NCBI GenBank assembly: GCA_008369845.1
Contig: MRSU01002629.1
Coordinates: 1-54,216 of the forward strand
DNA: 54,216 nt
DNA from: Trichomonas gallinae
Taxonomy: Eukaryota
Direction of reading: 5' to 3'
The notes under the pieces were generated by a model, which worked only from the letters and a program-made list of their open reading frames with translations, did no database searches and had not been told where the DNA came from. Below, piece after piece: positions 39,646-50,942 of the stretch. How positions within the stretch are numbered: the first letter of the stretch is position 1; every line of letters begins with the position of its first letter. The translations under genes were made by a program, and so were the position numbers.

Positions 39646-42600
39646 ATGGATTCTGATTTTTCAAGTCCTTTGAGCGAAAACGGGGAATTGGAATCTGTTG
39701 ATTACTTTTGCGCACAATTTAATGCTAAATTCGGAGTTTCTACAACGACTCTTCAGCAAGTTTTGGATATTTGCGATGCGTTATTTACAGATCTTCATCA
39801 GCAACAAAATCCGATAGATGTTAGTGGTAAAATAGACAAACTTAAGAAAAAATTAGCAACAGCTAGGGCCCGAAATTCAGAATTAATTAATGAAATCCAA
39901 GAAATTTCAAACCAAAACGACGAAATGCAGAACATTATCGAAGGGCTGCAGCACGAATTAGCATCACAAAAAGAAAAATGCAGTAATTTAGAGCAAAATC
40001 TCAGCCAATCGCAAAAACAATTAAATGATCTTAAACAAACAATAGAAAGGAATGCTCAAACGAAGACAAACCTTCAAAAATCACTCGATACGCTCAGCGA
40101 AATGTACCAAGAACAAATTACTGAAGTTGCAAATCTTGCAAATCAAAGAACCAAGCTTCTTTCAATCATTCAGAAGCAAAAATCACTCATAGAAAGCTAT
40201 GAATCTGCAGTAAAACTCATACAAACTAAAGCACCTCTAAAACAAGTTTCAACTCCAATTCCAGATAATTTTGTTGACCTGTTTGTGATTTTGTCTTCTA
40301 TTACTAAGGCTGTATCAGAAGTTCTGCCTTCAACTTTACTACCAGAACTCGTCAAAATTAGAGATAATAGCGAATGTTCACCAATTGATCGTGTTACTCA
40401 ATTAATCAACACAATATGCACATACAACAAAGGCCTTGAAGATATAATTAACAAACACAAGTCAGATATAGTCGAAATTAAACAAGAAAACGAAAATCTT
40501 AAGCAAAACATTGTAAAAGTTCTTTCTTTGTTTGAAGAAGAACTCACATTCATGCAAAATCTTTCTGTGTCGAGTGATATAAGTAACTCATTGCTGTACA
40601 GACCTGAGATGGGCGGACCAATGTATTTGGATGAAAAATCACGCGATTTCTTGCTCAGAAGATGCGCAAACAACGCGAAGTTCATCCAAGACACAGTTTC
40701 AGCAATAAATATCGAAGACATACAAAAATCGATCGAAGGTGCAGATCCAACTCACATATTTGAGCTTTTGATACCAAACAGCTTAGCTGACAAGATACGC
40801 GCATTCTATGATAGAATAGGACAGGACGAAAGCCCAATATTCAGAGAGTTATTCGATATGTTTGCAGCACAATTATTTGCGAATTCTCTCCTGCAAAATC
40901 ACTGCGTTGAAATTCGTTCAAGATACGAAATACTTCAGCGCAATCTCAACCAAGCTAAACAGGAACTCGAAGCTAACCAAGAGCCAAACAAACAGATTAT
41001 CAAAGAAATCGTGAGACTTCGAAAACGTGACGAAAAGATTCGCGCAATTATTAACGAATTTTTCGATTTCGAAGATGAACAAAACACTGTTAAACTTGTT
41101 CTCATGGCCTTGAAATCATTAACAAATACCAAGCAGGAAGAAGTAGAGGTCAAGCAAAACACAAATATTAAAGAAAATGAACAACCAACAACAAACGAGG
41201 ATACAGAAAAAATTAAGAAAGATTTCGAAGAACAAATCAAGAACCTCAAATCTAGGATTGAAAAAATGAACGAAGAAAAAGATGAAATCGAGAAACGCAT
41301 GACTTTCCAGCAGACAGACATGGAGCAGAAGCAGAAGAAGATGGATGAAGTAGTTGCGAAATACAAAGCTCAAAGTGAAGAAGCAATAAATCAACTCAGA
41401 GTTGTTAATTCTCAGGTTGAAGATTTAAGAAGAGAAAACAGCAGCAAGAATGATGAAATCAGTCAGATAAAAGAAACATTAAACGACACAAGCGAGCAAC
41501 TCCGCGAAACAAAAGAGTCACTGCAGCAGCTGAAAATAGAGAGAAGAGAATTAAAACAACACGTCGAGCTTCTTGAAAACGCAAACAGAAAATCAATAGA
41601 TAGACTAAAAGAGAAAAGCCAGTCATTGCGTCATGAATATGAAAAGGCAGTCCAAGAAACACAAGCTGAGCTCGCGAGCGCGAGATTGGAGCTCGAAACA
41701 ACAATGGATGATTACAGACAAGTTTTGGCTAAATCAGAAGAAAAAGACGAAAACAATATTAGACTTCAAGCAATGAATAAAACTCTTGAACTCAAGATCA
41801 AAGCAATTGAAGAGAAGCGTGCAAGCGAAGCAAACTCAATACAGATGCAAATGCAAACACAGATAGATTCAATCATCGCGCAAAGCCGCGCAAAAGTTGC
41901 CCAAAAAGAAGAAGAAATCATTGCATTAATTGTCACATTTTCACACCGATTTGAGGAAAGATTTGGCCTTCACACACTTCCAGCATCATTCCATGATTTC
42001 TTGGAGTCACTTGAAAACGAACTTGAAAAGAAGAACAAGGCACAAATAGTTTATGAAGAAACAGTTTCTGATTTACTTCGTGTTCAGCATCTTCTGAATA
42101 TTCTACCATCATCAAACATATATGACGCTGTTTTCTCGTTGTACAAAGAGAAAGAATCACTCAAAGCAATGCACGAAGAAGATTTAGAAAAAATAGAAAA
42201 AGCGAATCAGCAAAGCGAAGAAAACATCAATGAAAGAAAACGAACTTTAGCACAGATAGAAAGCTTGAGGGAATGGGGTGCATGGGCAAGAAGGCTTCAC
42301 AGGATAGTTTGCGAAAGGTCTTGTACTTCTTATTCATCAGATAAGCTTCGTTTATCTTTGGAAGAAGCGATTTTGGCTGCTGTTTCTCAGAAAACAATCT
42401 TGAATAGAATAGAAAACTTGAGACAGCAGAAAACTGCATTGCTTTCAATTGACAGGCAAGTCATAAACACGCCTACACAGAATATAAAGCCCACATGGAC
42501 ATCAATCATATCTATATGTGTGGCGTGCAGAAGAATACAGAAAATGGCCGGCGCAGTTTCAATTATTTCTCGAACGCCAACAACCGTCGAACTTAACGCA

Positions 42601-42693
42601 TCTTTTGCGTCATATGATTCTATTAACTCTTCAAAGTCATCTGTTAAGAGTGATGAGCAGGTTAGATATCCTCCTCTATTCACAACACTGTAA
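39646..42693 (+). CDS. Long coiled-coil protein
   Basis: 1015 aa, E/K/Q/L-rich heptads interrupted by helical globular segments. Confidence 0.85.
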   Translation: MDSDFSSPLSENGELESVDYFCAQFNAKFGVSTTTLQQVLDICDALFTDLHQQQNPIDVSGKIDKLKKKLATARARNSELINEIQEISNQNDEMQNIIEGLQHELASQKEKCSNLEQNLSQSQKQLNDLKQTIERNAQTKTNLQKSLDTLSEMYQEQITEVANLANQRTKLLSIIQKQKSLIESYESAVKLIQTKAPLKQVSTPIPDNFVDLFVILSSITKAVSEVLPSTLLPELVKIRDNSECSPIDRVTQLINTICTYNKGLEDIINKHKSDIVEIKQENENLKQNIVKVLSLFEEELTFMQNLSVSSDISNSLLYRPEMGGPMYLDEKSRDFLLRRCANNAKFIQDTVSAINIEDIQKSIEGADPTHIFELLIPNSLADKIRAFYDRIGQDESPIFRELFDMFAAQLFANSLLQNHCVEIRSRYEILQRNLNQAKQELEANQEPNKQIIKEIVRLRKRDEKIRAIINEFFDFEDEQNTVKLVLMALKSLTNTKQEEVEVKQNTNIKENEQPTTNEDTEKIKKDFEEQIKNLKSRIEKMNEEKDEIEKRMTFQQTDMEQKQKKMDEVVAKYKAQSEEAINQLRVVNSQVEDLRRENSSKNDEISQIKETLNDTSEQLRETKESLQQLKIERRELKQHVELLENANRKSIDRLKEKSQSLRHEYEKAVQETQAELASARLELETTMDDYRQVLAKSEEKDENNIRLQAMNKTLELKIKAIEEKRASEANSIQMQMQTQIDSIIAQSRAKVAQKEEEIIALIVTFSHRFEERFGLHTLPASFHDFLESLENELEKKNKAQIVYEETVSDLLRVQHLLNILPSSNIYDAVFSLYKEKESLKAMHEEDLEKIEKANQQSEENINERKRTLAQIESLREWGAWARRLHRIVCERSCTSYSSDKLRLSLEEAILAAVSQKTILNRIENLRQQKTALLSIDRQVINTPTQNIKPTWTSIISICVACRRIQKMAGAVSIISRTPTTVELNASFASYDSINSSKSSVKSDEQVRYPPLFTTL

Positions 42694-42938
42694 TATTATT
42701 TATTTGTTTGAAATTTTTTAATTAATTATAAATTCCTTTATAATTAACTCTTATAGTTTGTATAGATAAGCTTTATCTTATTCTTTTCAAACAATTTTTA
42801 AACCATTTCAGATCTGTGAATATTTCAATATTGAGTAAATCTAACTTAATATATAATCTGTAATGGCTGCTAAATCATTTATATTAGAGTATATACAAAT
42901 AATATATAAATTTTTAATAAAGTAACAAAACAATCGAT

Positions 42939-43502
42939 TTAATCTGCTTTTTCTTTTCTTACTTCAAAAGTATCGGTGATAATAAAGTAGGCGCAGAAGC
43001 AAACAACCCAAATAACTGATATAACCATGTAAAAATCATGACTATTATTGCCAATAAGGAAAAAGTACTTCATTTTGTCATATTGGCTAAGATAATCTTT
43101 GTCGAAATCAGTAGATGCGCTAACAGCTGCTTTAGAAGTGATGAAAAGATTAATGAAGAATTCATATATACCCTGGGACGATACAGATGTATACATCAAT
43201 GTTGAAATAAGTAGTAAGAAACATATAAGTGTACAGCAAACGTAAATAAAGAACGCAAATTTGGGCTCACCTATTGTTTCGTAATTTTTTAGTCCATATA
43301 TTGCTAATGCTGAAGAGAATATTGAACTGACTATGAGAGACGAGCCAACAATTGTGCAATCGATACCAACTGCATTAAGAAAAATTGGCTGAGTGACACT
43401 GATAACCCAAAATATGCTATAAATGACAGCTACAAGTGGGATAACAGTTAGGAAGATCCTCAGCCACTTCTTTGGGATATTCAAGTCAATGTCGTCTTTC
43501 AT
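42939..43502 (-). CDS. Four-transmembrane protein with tetraspanin-like topology
   Basis: 187 aa, three close TM helices, a longer loop and a fourth TM. No CCG motif. Confidence 0.75.
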   Translation of the reverse strand: MKDDIDLNIPKKWLRIFLTVIPLVAVIYSIFWVISVTQPIFLNAVGIDCTIVGSSLIVSSIFSSALAIYGLKNYETIGEPKFAFFIYVCCTLICFLLLISTLMYTSVSSQGIYEFFINLFITSKAAVSASTDFDKDYLSQYDKMKYFFLIGNNSHDFYMVISVIWVVCFCAYFIITDTFEVRKEKAD

Positions 43503-45096
43503 CGTAATAAATAAACTGTAAATTTTGACACACTTCTGTTTCTCAATGATGATACATCAACAAAATCATTTATCACATTAACTCTAGTTAACACTACAGC
43601 TAATTTGCAAATATATCATGTTAATTCTTATTAATCACTTGATTTTTTGTTAATGAATAATTTTACATTGGCGAATTTTTAGGAAAATCATTGGCAAAAC
43701 TGATAATATGAGTTATATTCGATCAAAATAGTTATAATATACCTTAGTGACTTGTTAATAAAGTTCTTTCTTGAATGATCTCCGAAATCATGAATTCTGT
43801 TTGTTTCTCACTGGCAATATAGCTTTTTCATTTGTATACTCATGCAATTCAATGTTTATGCTTGGAAAAACAAAGAATTTGTTAATTTCATTTTGAATTC
43901 GGGCTATGATAAAGATTATTTTATAAAAACCGTAATAAATAATAACTAAAGATCCAAACAATTGATTATTGTCGTTAACTAAGCTGATTTACAGTTGACC
44001 AAAAAAAAAAAACGGAATTTTGATCCCATAAAACTCAAAGCTCCATGCATGGAACTCATTATTTAGCTCTACTTTTATCAGATGTAATAAATTCATACCT
44101 GTAATTATTCACAATCATTACACAAATTAAGTTTAATTTTTTCTGAGGTGTAATGATAGACACCTGTATTTTTTGTATTTATGTACGCAACTCTCTCTGC
44201 ATAATGGAAATAAATGCAATATTTTTATCAAAAATCATTTCAAACAATAAAATTTGTTTTCGATAATGTCAAATTCATGATTTTTGTTAAATTCCATGTG
44301 AAATATAGATAGCAGTGCAAGTATTTGGCATAAAATGTGTCAGAAAAATTAACAAAAATTAGTTGAAATTTGGTCATTATAACGTGCCTGAGTGAGTTGA
44401 CATTTTGTCATATCTCTTGGAATATAGCAGTAATATCACATTTACAAGCTGTTTTCGTAATATTCGCACCAAAATCTTCGCCAAAATTTCTGAATGCTAT
44501 CAATTCTCGATTGATGATTTTGACCAAAATGTTTGCTTTTATATACATTTGTTTAATATTTTGTTATTTTGAAGACAATACAGTTTGAATAAATCCATCG
44601 TTGCACCATCATCAAACAAAATAATTTATCACACAATACTTAATATGATATCAATATGTTGAATGCGATAAAAATACTTTTGTGAGTAATGAAGACATTC
44701 ATCTCAGAAAAAAATTAGTTTATGTCATAGAAATTAGGTTATTGCAAATACATCATTGGATCATATTTGTCATATGTTTACATTGAACTTTTTGAGAGAA
44801 TCACTCAAAAATACGGTTAAAAATATTTTATGACAATATATAATTTATTATAGCATAATTCGACGTGATTTTCCCCATAAAATTAAATTCTTAATCGATG
44901 CGATGAATTTAAAATATTGCTAAATAGTATCAATATAGTTTATATATCAATAATACTTAATTTGAATTTATTTCAAAAATTGAGAGCATGACAAAATTAT
45001 AAAATCAACGATTGAAGTATTCTATTTAAAGGGCTTTCAGTAAAGCAAAATAATTTAATAAAATTTTGATTCATAATTTGGCCATTAAAATCAAAA

Positions 45097-46740
45097 ATGT
45101 TGATTTTCTCTTTTTTACGCCTCTCCAAGCAAGGTTTATACAATAAAGAAGGTTCCTATGAAGAAATACTATACCCAGGATACTATGAAGTAATTTTACA
45201 CGGTGCTCAGGGCGGAAAAGCTTGCTATGACGGTGATGAACAAAATAAAGAAGGTGGACGAGGAGCTAAATTTTACGGAATATTGCACCAAATAGGTATT
45301 GAGAAATACGAGATTACTGTTGGGTCCCATCCAGCAGCCAAATGCAGTGAGAGATATAATGAAGCAGGAAAATATGGTCTCGGAGGTAATAGTGGTACAG
45401 ATAAACAACCTGGTACAGCTGATCCAACTGGAGCGGGTGGAGGGTATACAGCGATGAAAATTCCATCTAAGGATTGGTTTATTGCAATGGTAGGTGGAGG
45501 AGCTGGTGCGACGAAAGACTATGAAGGAGGGCATGCAGGTGGAATAGGCTATTCTTATGGAAGAGGGAATAATGTAGATCGTGATTATAATGGTTTAGAA
45601 AACAGCCATCAAGGAGGAACAGGAGACGATGTCAAGTATTTTATCCCAGGATCTGGTGGTGGTGGTGGCTATAAAGGTGGAAAAGGTGGTGAAGGAGTTA
45701 ATAATGATCAACCAGAAGCTGTTGGATATGGTGGATCTAGCTATTATAGTGGATCTCTATGGATTAATCAATATCTTACTGATGGAAAGGACAACACAGA
45801 AAGAGGTTCTGGAAAAGCATCAATTACTCCAAGAACATTGTGCGCAACAGGGTGTAATGATTGTGATCGTAATAATGGAGACTATTGCACTCAATGCATG
45901 ATAAATTACATTATGTACTCAAACCGTTGTTATCAAAGTTGTGATAAGACAAAAGAGCCAACGTATCAATCTGGAAATAAATGTGTCAGATGTCCTCCAA
46001 CATGTGCAGCTTGCACAAACGGAAGTTCATGCTCAGCATGCAAACCAGGTCAAGTTCTTTGGAATGGCGTCTGCATGCCAATATCAACACCAATTCCAAC
46101 TCTATTCAGTACACCATCAGCAACACCTAGCACAACACCATCTATAACACCTAGTGTAACACCATCCATAACACCTAGTGATACACCATCTATAACACCT
46201 AGTGAAACACCCTCATCAACTCCTAGTGATACTCCATCATCAACGCCGAGTATAACACCTTCAGATACGCCATCATCAACACCTGAAACGACACCATCAA
46301 TGACACCAATAGAAACTCCTTCAAAAACAAAATATGTAGCTTATTCATTTGATTTAGTTACATTAGATCCGACAAAAACTCATCAGACATATAAGAGCTA
46401 CGATGGAGAAAGATTAAATTCTAAAATTGTCAGCAAACAGGAGAAGCTTCCGCTTGGTGTTCTTATAGGTATAATCATTGGATGCATTGTTTTGGCTGCG
46501 TTAATTATATTAGGAATTTATTGGGCTGTTAAGAATAGGAACGGATCTTCAGATATTAGTTCATCCGAAGAGTTTGCAGAAGAAACTGTTATCATGGGTG
46601 ATGAGTCCACAACATGCCCCACAATTACACTCGATAATCCATTATTCACAACCACCGTGGATAATATTGAATCAGATGTATTCAAAGATGATTTTGATGA
46701 AGCCACCTTTGAATATTATTTCAAAATATCTCCTGAGTAG
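45097..46740 (+). CDS. Type I surface protein: glycine-rich (ALK/LTK-like) domain, furin-like Cys repeats, TPS mucin stalk, TM, acidic NPLF tail
   Basis: GAQGG, GGRGA, GAGGGYT, GGGAGA, GSGGGGGY.GG, GYGGSSY; CxxC repeats; TPSx repeats; TM; DNPLF. Confidence 0.9.
   Translation: MLIFSFLRLSKQGLYNKEGSYEEILYPGYYEVILHGAQGGKACYDGDEQNKEGGRGAKFYGILHQIGIEKYEITVGSHPAAKCSERYNEAGKYGLGGNSGTDKQPGTADPTGAGGGYTAMKIPSKDWFIAMVGGGAGATKDYEGGHAGGIGYSYGRGNNVDRDYNGLENSHQGGTGDDVKYFIPGSGGGGGYKGGKGGEGVNNDQPEAVGYGGSSYYSGSLWINQYLTDGKDNTERGSGKASITPRTLCATGCNDCDRNNGDYCTQCMINYIMYSNRCYQSCDKTKEPTYQSGNKCVRCPPTCAACTNGSSCSACKPGQVLWNGVCMPISTPIPTLFSTPSATPSTTPSITPSVTPSITPSDTPSITPSETPSSTPSDTPSSTPSITPSDTPSSTPETTPSMTPIETPSKTKYVAYSFDLVTLDPTKTHQTYKSYDGERLNSKIVSKQEKLPLGVLIGIIIGCIVLAALIILGIYWAVKNRNGSSDISSSEEFAEETVIMGDESTTCPTITLDNPLFTTTVDNIESDVFKDDFDEATFEYYFKISPE
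46087..46323 (+). repeat. Coding 12-bp minisatellite (TPSx)n
   Basis: ACACC(A/T)-based 12-mers encoding TPSI, TPSD, TPSS and TPSE. Confidence 0.85.
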
Positions 46741-48143
46741 ATGAAGTTTTACACTCAAGAATAATAATAATAATATATTTTTTATCGGTTTGTTTATTTA
46801 AATCTTCTGTTTCTTTCTTTGAAATATTTTATTTTTAATTTTATATCAATACAACTAATATCAGATGCTATATAGCTACGAACACGACTAATTTAGTTTC
46901 AATGAATGAGAGATTCAAATTTCAATACTATTTAAAATGAATATATTCATAAACAATAATAAGTTATTATTTCGAACATTTTCCAACGTGCTTTCGCGCC
47001 CGTAGATTTTTAAATTCTATGTGCAGCATAGATCATAATATAAATTAAAATTATAAATCATACGATTATTTTCAATTTAAATTTCAATGCAATTTAAAGT
47101 GAAAATAATCATATACCTCATAATTATAGTTTTCGCACATTTTTAGGGCGCTTAAAATTTTGTCATGAAAACGTGCTTCATTAAGTTGGCAGTTTGTCTT
47201 AACTCATGGAATATGGCATTAATATCGCATTTACAAGCAGTTTTCGTAATATTCAAACCGAAACTAAACGAAATATTTTTGGATTTGATAATTTCTGATT
47301 GTAATCAAAACTCGTAATATTTTTTTTTAATTTTTGGAAATATGCGCTGAGTCTTATAATTATACGTACACTTTTTGAATTTTTTGAATTTGGAAGTTTA
47401 ATATCATTGCTTATCATTAAATACTATTTTTCTAACGAAAAAATCGAAAAATAAAATTTGAATCTTAAACAAAAATTTATTATCAATTTTCAATGTACAA
47501 CATTTTTTTTAAAATAACGATCATAAGGAAAATTGAATTGAAAAATTAAATTATTAAAACAGCAGATTTTATGTTTGATTTGATATAGATGCATAATAAT
47601 ACATAAAATAAGGTTTTGGAACTTCAGAAGCAAATAATGATTTTTCCTTGATCATATTTACATTACTTTTAATTTGGAGCTTACAATTTAGAAATTTGGT
47701 GATAATTTTGAAAAATTCAAATGGAAAAGAGTATTTCAAAAATATATTATTATGGTTGCAATAAAGCAATCATATTAGGCATATCATATTTTCTGAACAC
47801 AAATCATCGTTAAAACTTTTTGAATGACTTCAGAAAAAATAAATTAAGTTTTTCGTGATAATCCAACAAATCCATTCAATAAAGAATAATTCAATGGTTT
47901 TTTTTTCTTTCAAAAAATTAAATTCTTAGAAAATTCGCTGAATTCAAATCAATTTTTAGAAATAATATCAATTTAACGTATGTTTTATTCAATAAAATAA
48001 TTCTTAATTTCAATGGAATTTAAAAAATTGAAAATCTGGCAAAATTTAAAAATCAACAAGATAAGTTTTCTTTTATACTAGAATTCAGCTGTACAAAATA
48101 TTTTGATAAAAAAATTGAATCTTAAGATTCATTATAATTAAAA

Positions 48144-49685
48144 ATGTTGATTTTCTCCTTATTATCTCGCTTCGAACAAGTTGTATATGATAAAGAGGGT
48201 ATCTATGAAATAACACTTAACCCAGGATATTATAATGTAATTTTACGAGGTGCTCAGGGTGGAAGAGCTTGTTCTGATGGAGTTGTAGTAAACGATACAG
48301 TAAAAGAAGGAGGAAGAGGAGCAAAATTTATTGCAATATTGCACCAAAAAGGCATTGAAACATATAATATTACTGTAGGATCTGAACCAATCCCAAATTG
48401 CAAGAATAGAGGTAATTTTGCCGGAAAATTTGGCGAAGGAGGTGATAGTGGTTATGATATACAAATTGCTGGCGCTCTTGATGCATCTGGCGCTGGTGGA
48501 GGCTATACAGCGATGTTTGTTCCAGCTTTAAATAATGCGATTATTGCAATGGTGGGTGGAGGAGCTGGTGCGTCTAGAGGCTTTCGTGGAGGTCATGCAG
48601 GCGGAAGAGGCTATTCTTATGGAGCAGTTGGTTATTGCAATGAGTGCTATTCTAGAGAAACCCATCATGGAGGAAAAGGCGAGTGGACTGCGCGATTACC
48701 AGGAAGTGGTGGAGGTGGTGGCTTTTTTGGTGGTCTTGGTGGGAAAGCAGCTGGCGATGATGAAATGAAAGTTCTTGGATATGGTGGCACAAGCTATTAT
48801 GATGGAGAAATATGGATTAATCCTAATCTTATGGATGGAAAGACCAACAAAGAAACTGGAGCAGGATATGTAAAAATCACTCAGAAAACATTATGTGCAA
48901 CAGGCTGTAATGATTGCGATCTTAAAGATGGAAACCATTGCTATGCATGCATTAACAATTTCCTCAAGTATTCAAACCGTTGTTATCAAAGCTGTAATGA
49001 AACAACAGAACCAACATATCAATCTGGAAATAACTGCCTTAGATGCCTTCCAACATGTTCAACTTGCACAAACGGAAGTTCATGCTCAGCATGCAAACCA
49101 GGTCACGTTTTTTTGAATGGTGTCTGCTTGCCAATATCAACACCAATCCCAACACCATTCAGTACACCATCGTCAACACCTAGCACAACACAATTGACAA
49201 CACCAAGCATAACACCATCATCAACACCTAGTGATAGTCCATTAATAATACCGATCAGAACACCTTCAGAAACAAAAACCAATGCATATTCATTTAATTT
49301 AGAAACATTAGACCCTAAACAAACTCAACAGACAGATAGTAACGATAATATTTATAGGTTAAAAGACAAAGATGTCAGCAAACAGGAGAAGCTTTCACTT
49401 GGTGTTCTTATAAGTATTATCATTGGATGCATTGTTTTGGCTTTATTAATTATATTAGGAATTTATTGGGCTGCTAAAAATAGGAACGGATCTTCAGATA
49501 TTAGTTCATCCGAAGAGTTTGCAGAAGAAATAGTTATCATGGGTGATGGAACGGAAACTTGTCCATTAGTTACACTTGACAATCCATTATTTACAACCAC
49601 AGTGAGTAATATTGAAACTGATGTATTCGGAGATGATTTTGATGAAGATGCTATTGAAAGTTACTTCCACATATCTCATGAATAG
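48144..49685 (+). CDS. Tandem paralog of 45097..46740 with a shorter stalk
   Basis: Same domain order, with near-identical Cys-rich and TM/juxtamembrane segments. Confidence 0.9.
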   Translation: MLIFSLLSRFEQVVYDKEGIYEITLNPGYYNVILRGAQGGRACSDGVVVNDTVKEGGRGAKFIAILHQKGIETYNITVGSEPIPNCKNRGNFAGKFGEGGDSGYDIQIAGALDASGAGGGYTAMFVPALNNAIIAMVGGGAGASRGFRGGHAGGRGYSYGAVGYCNECYSRETHHGGKGEWTARLPGSGGGGGFFGGLGGKAAGDDEMKVLGYGGTSYYDGEIWINPNLMDGKTNKETGAGYVKITQKTLCATGCNDCDLKDGNHCYACINNFLKYSNRCYQSCNETTEPTYQSGNNCLRCLPTCSTCTNGSSCSACKPGHVFLNGVCLPISTPIPTPFSTPSSTPSTTQLTTPSITPSSTPSDSPLIIPIRTPSETKTNAYSFNLETLDPKQTQQTDSNDNIYRLKDKDVSKQEKLSLGVLISIIIGCIVLALLIILGIYWAAKNRNGSSDISSSEEFAEEIVIMGDGTETCPLVTLDNPLFTTTVSNIETDVFGDDFDEDAIESYFHISHE

Positions 49686-50080
49686 GTGAGGTATTTCATT
49701 CAGCAATAACTATAGCTTTATTTTCGGTTTGTATATTTAAATCTTCTATCTTTATATTAAAACGGTAACAATAGCAACCAATGATGGCTTTTTCCTAGTT
49801 CAATCGCAAAAATGAGTTTTTGAAGAAACAACTATCATGAGTTCATAATTGGCAATAGTAATATCTGCTGATTATCTCAATATTTTTTACTTTTGCTATT
49901 AATTGACTTTAGCAAAATGAATTCAATATTTTTAAAAGACATAACCTTATAGTATGCAAATGCAGCTTTCTTCTAGCTTTAATTAAAAAAATATCAAAAA
50001 TATTGTAATAATTCAGTAAGTCAGAGAATTACCATGATCATGTATGTTTACTGCTATGATATGTTTAATCATTTTTTTCA

Positions 50081-50653
50081 ATGTTTTTTTTATTCGTCAA
50101 AGCAATCACTTTTCCAAAAAGCGCAATTCCCGCAATTACATGCAAAATGTGCACCAACAAAGTCATAAAAGCGAAGAAAAACTTAGCGAAAAAGCTTGAA
50201 AGCTACGATTTTTCAGAAAGTTGCAAGCAAATTTCTACGGAAAACCTGGATTTGTGCAAAACAGTGGCGCAACAAACACTTAAAACGTTTGTTGACATGT
50301 CAACACCAACATCTGTCTGCAAAATGATAACTATGTGCAATTACACGGAAGAAGATCTTCATTACAAGCAGCTACCATCGGCTACTGCAAGTGATTTATC
50401 AATAAAAAGTCCAAAATGCCAATATGCAACTAAATTAATCGACTACATACTAGGAAATGGAATTGATAAATTTACAATTCCAGCAATGAAAAAGAATTTC
50501 GATGTATTTGAAACATATTTCAAGATATCAAAAGCATACGCAAACAGAGCAGATCAAAATTCAATTAAAAAATATTTAATGATATTAGCACATAAACACA
50601 CGCCTCAGGAACTCGTCAAAATTGCCAAAATATGCACTGATTCTGAATTATAA
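50081..50653 (+). CDS. Saposin-like protein (SAPLIP) ending DSEL
   Basis: Short hydrophobic leader; CKMC...C...C...PTSVCKMITMC six-Cys SapB pattern; second degenerate domain. Confidence 0.8.
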   Translation: MFFLFVKAITFPKSAIPAITCKMCTNKVIKAKKNLAKKLESYDFSESCKQISTENLDLCKTVAQQTLKTFVDMSTPTSVCKMITMCNYTEEDLHYKQLPSATASDLSIKSPKCQYATKLIDYILGNGIDKFTIPAMKKNFDVFETYFKISKAYANRADQNSIKKYLMILAHKHTPQELVKIAKICTDSEL

Positions 50654-50942
50654 GCTGAATGCCATCAAACAAGCTGTTTGCAAAATTATTCAATCTTGAA
50701 GAATTATAGCTTTTAATTAGGAATTCCAAACAAATTACTGTGTCTACTAGTATATACTATTGTTTATAAAAAATATTAACAATTATATTCTTGATTTTTG
50801 AATTTATATTTGCTAATAGTTTCTTTTCATCATATATAGGTTAACTATTGAACAGATTATTCGAAAAAAAAAGAAAATTTTGATATCAAGATAAAATACA
50901 AGGAAAGTTTACAAATAAAACAGTTATTAGGTCGTATGAAAA

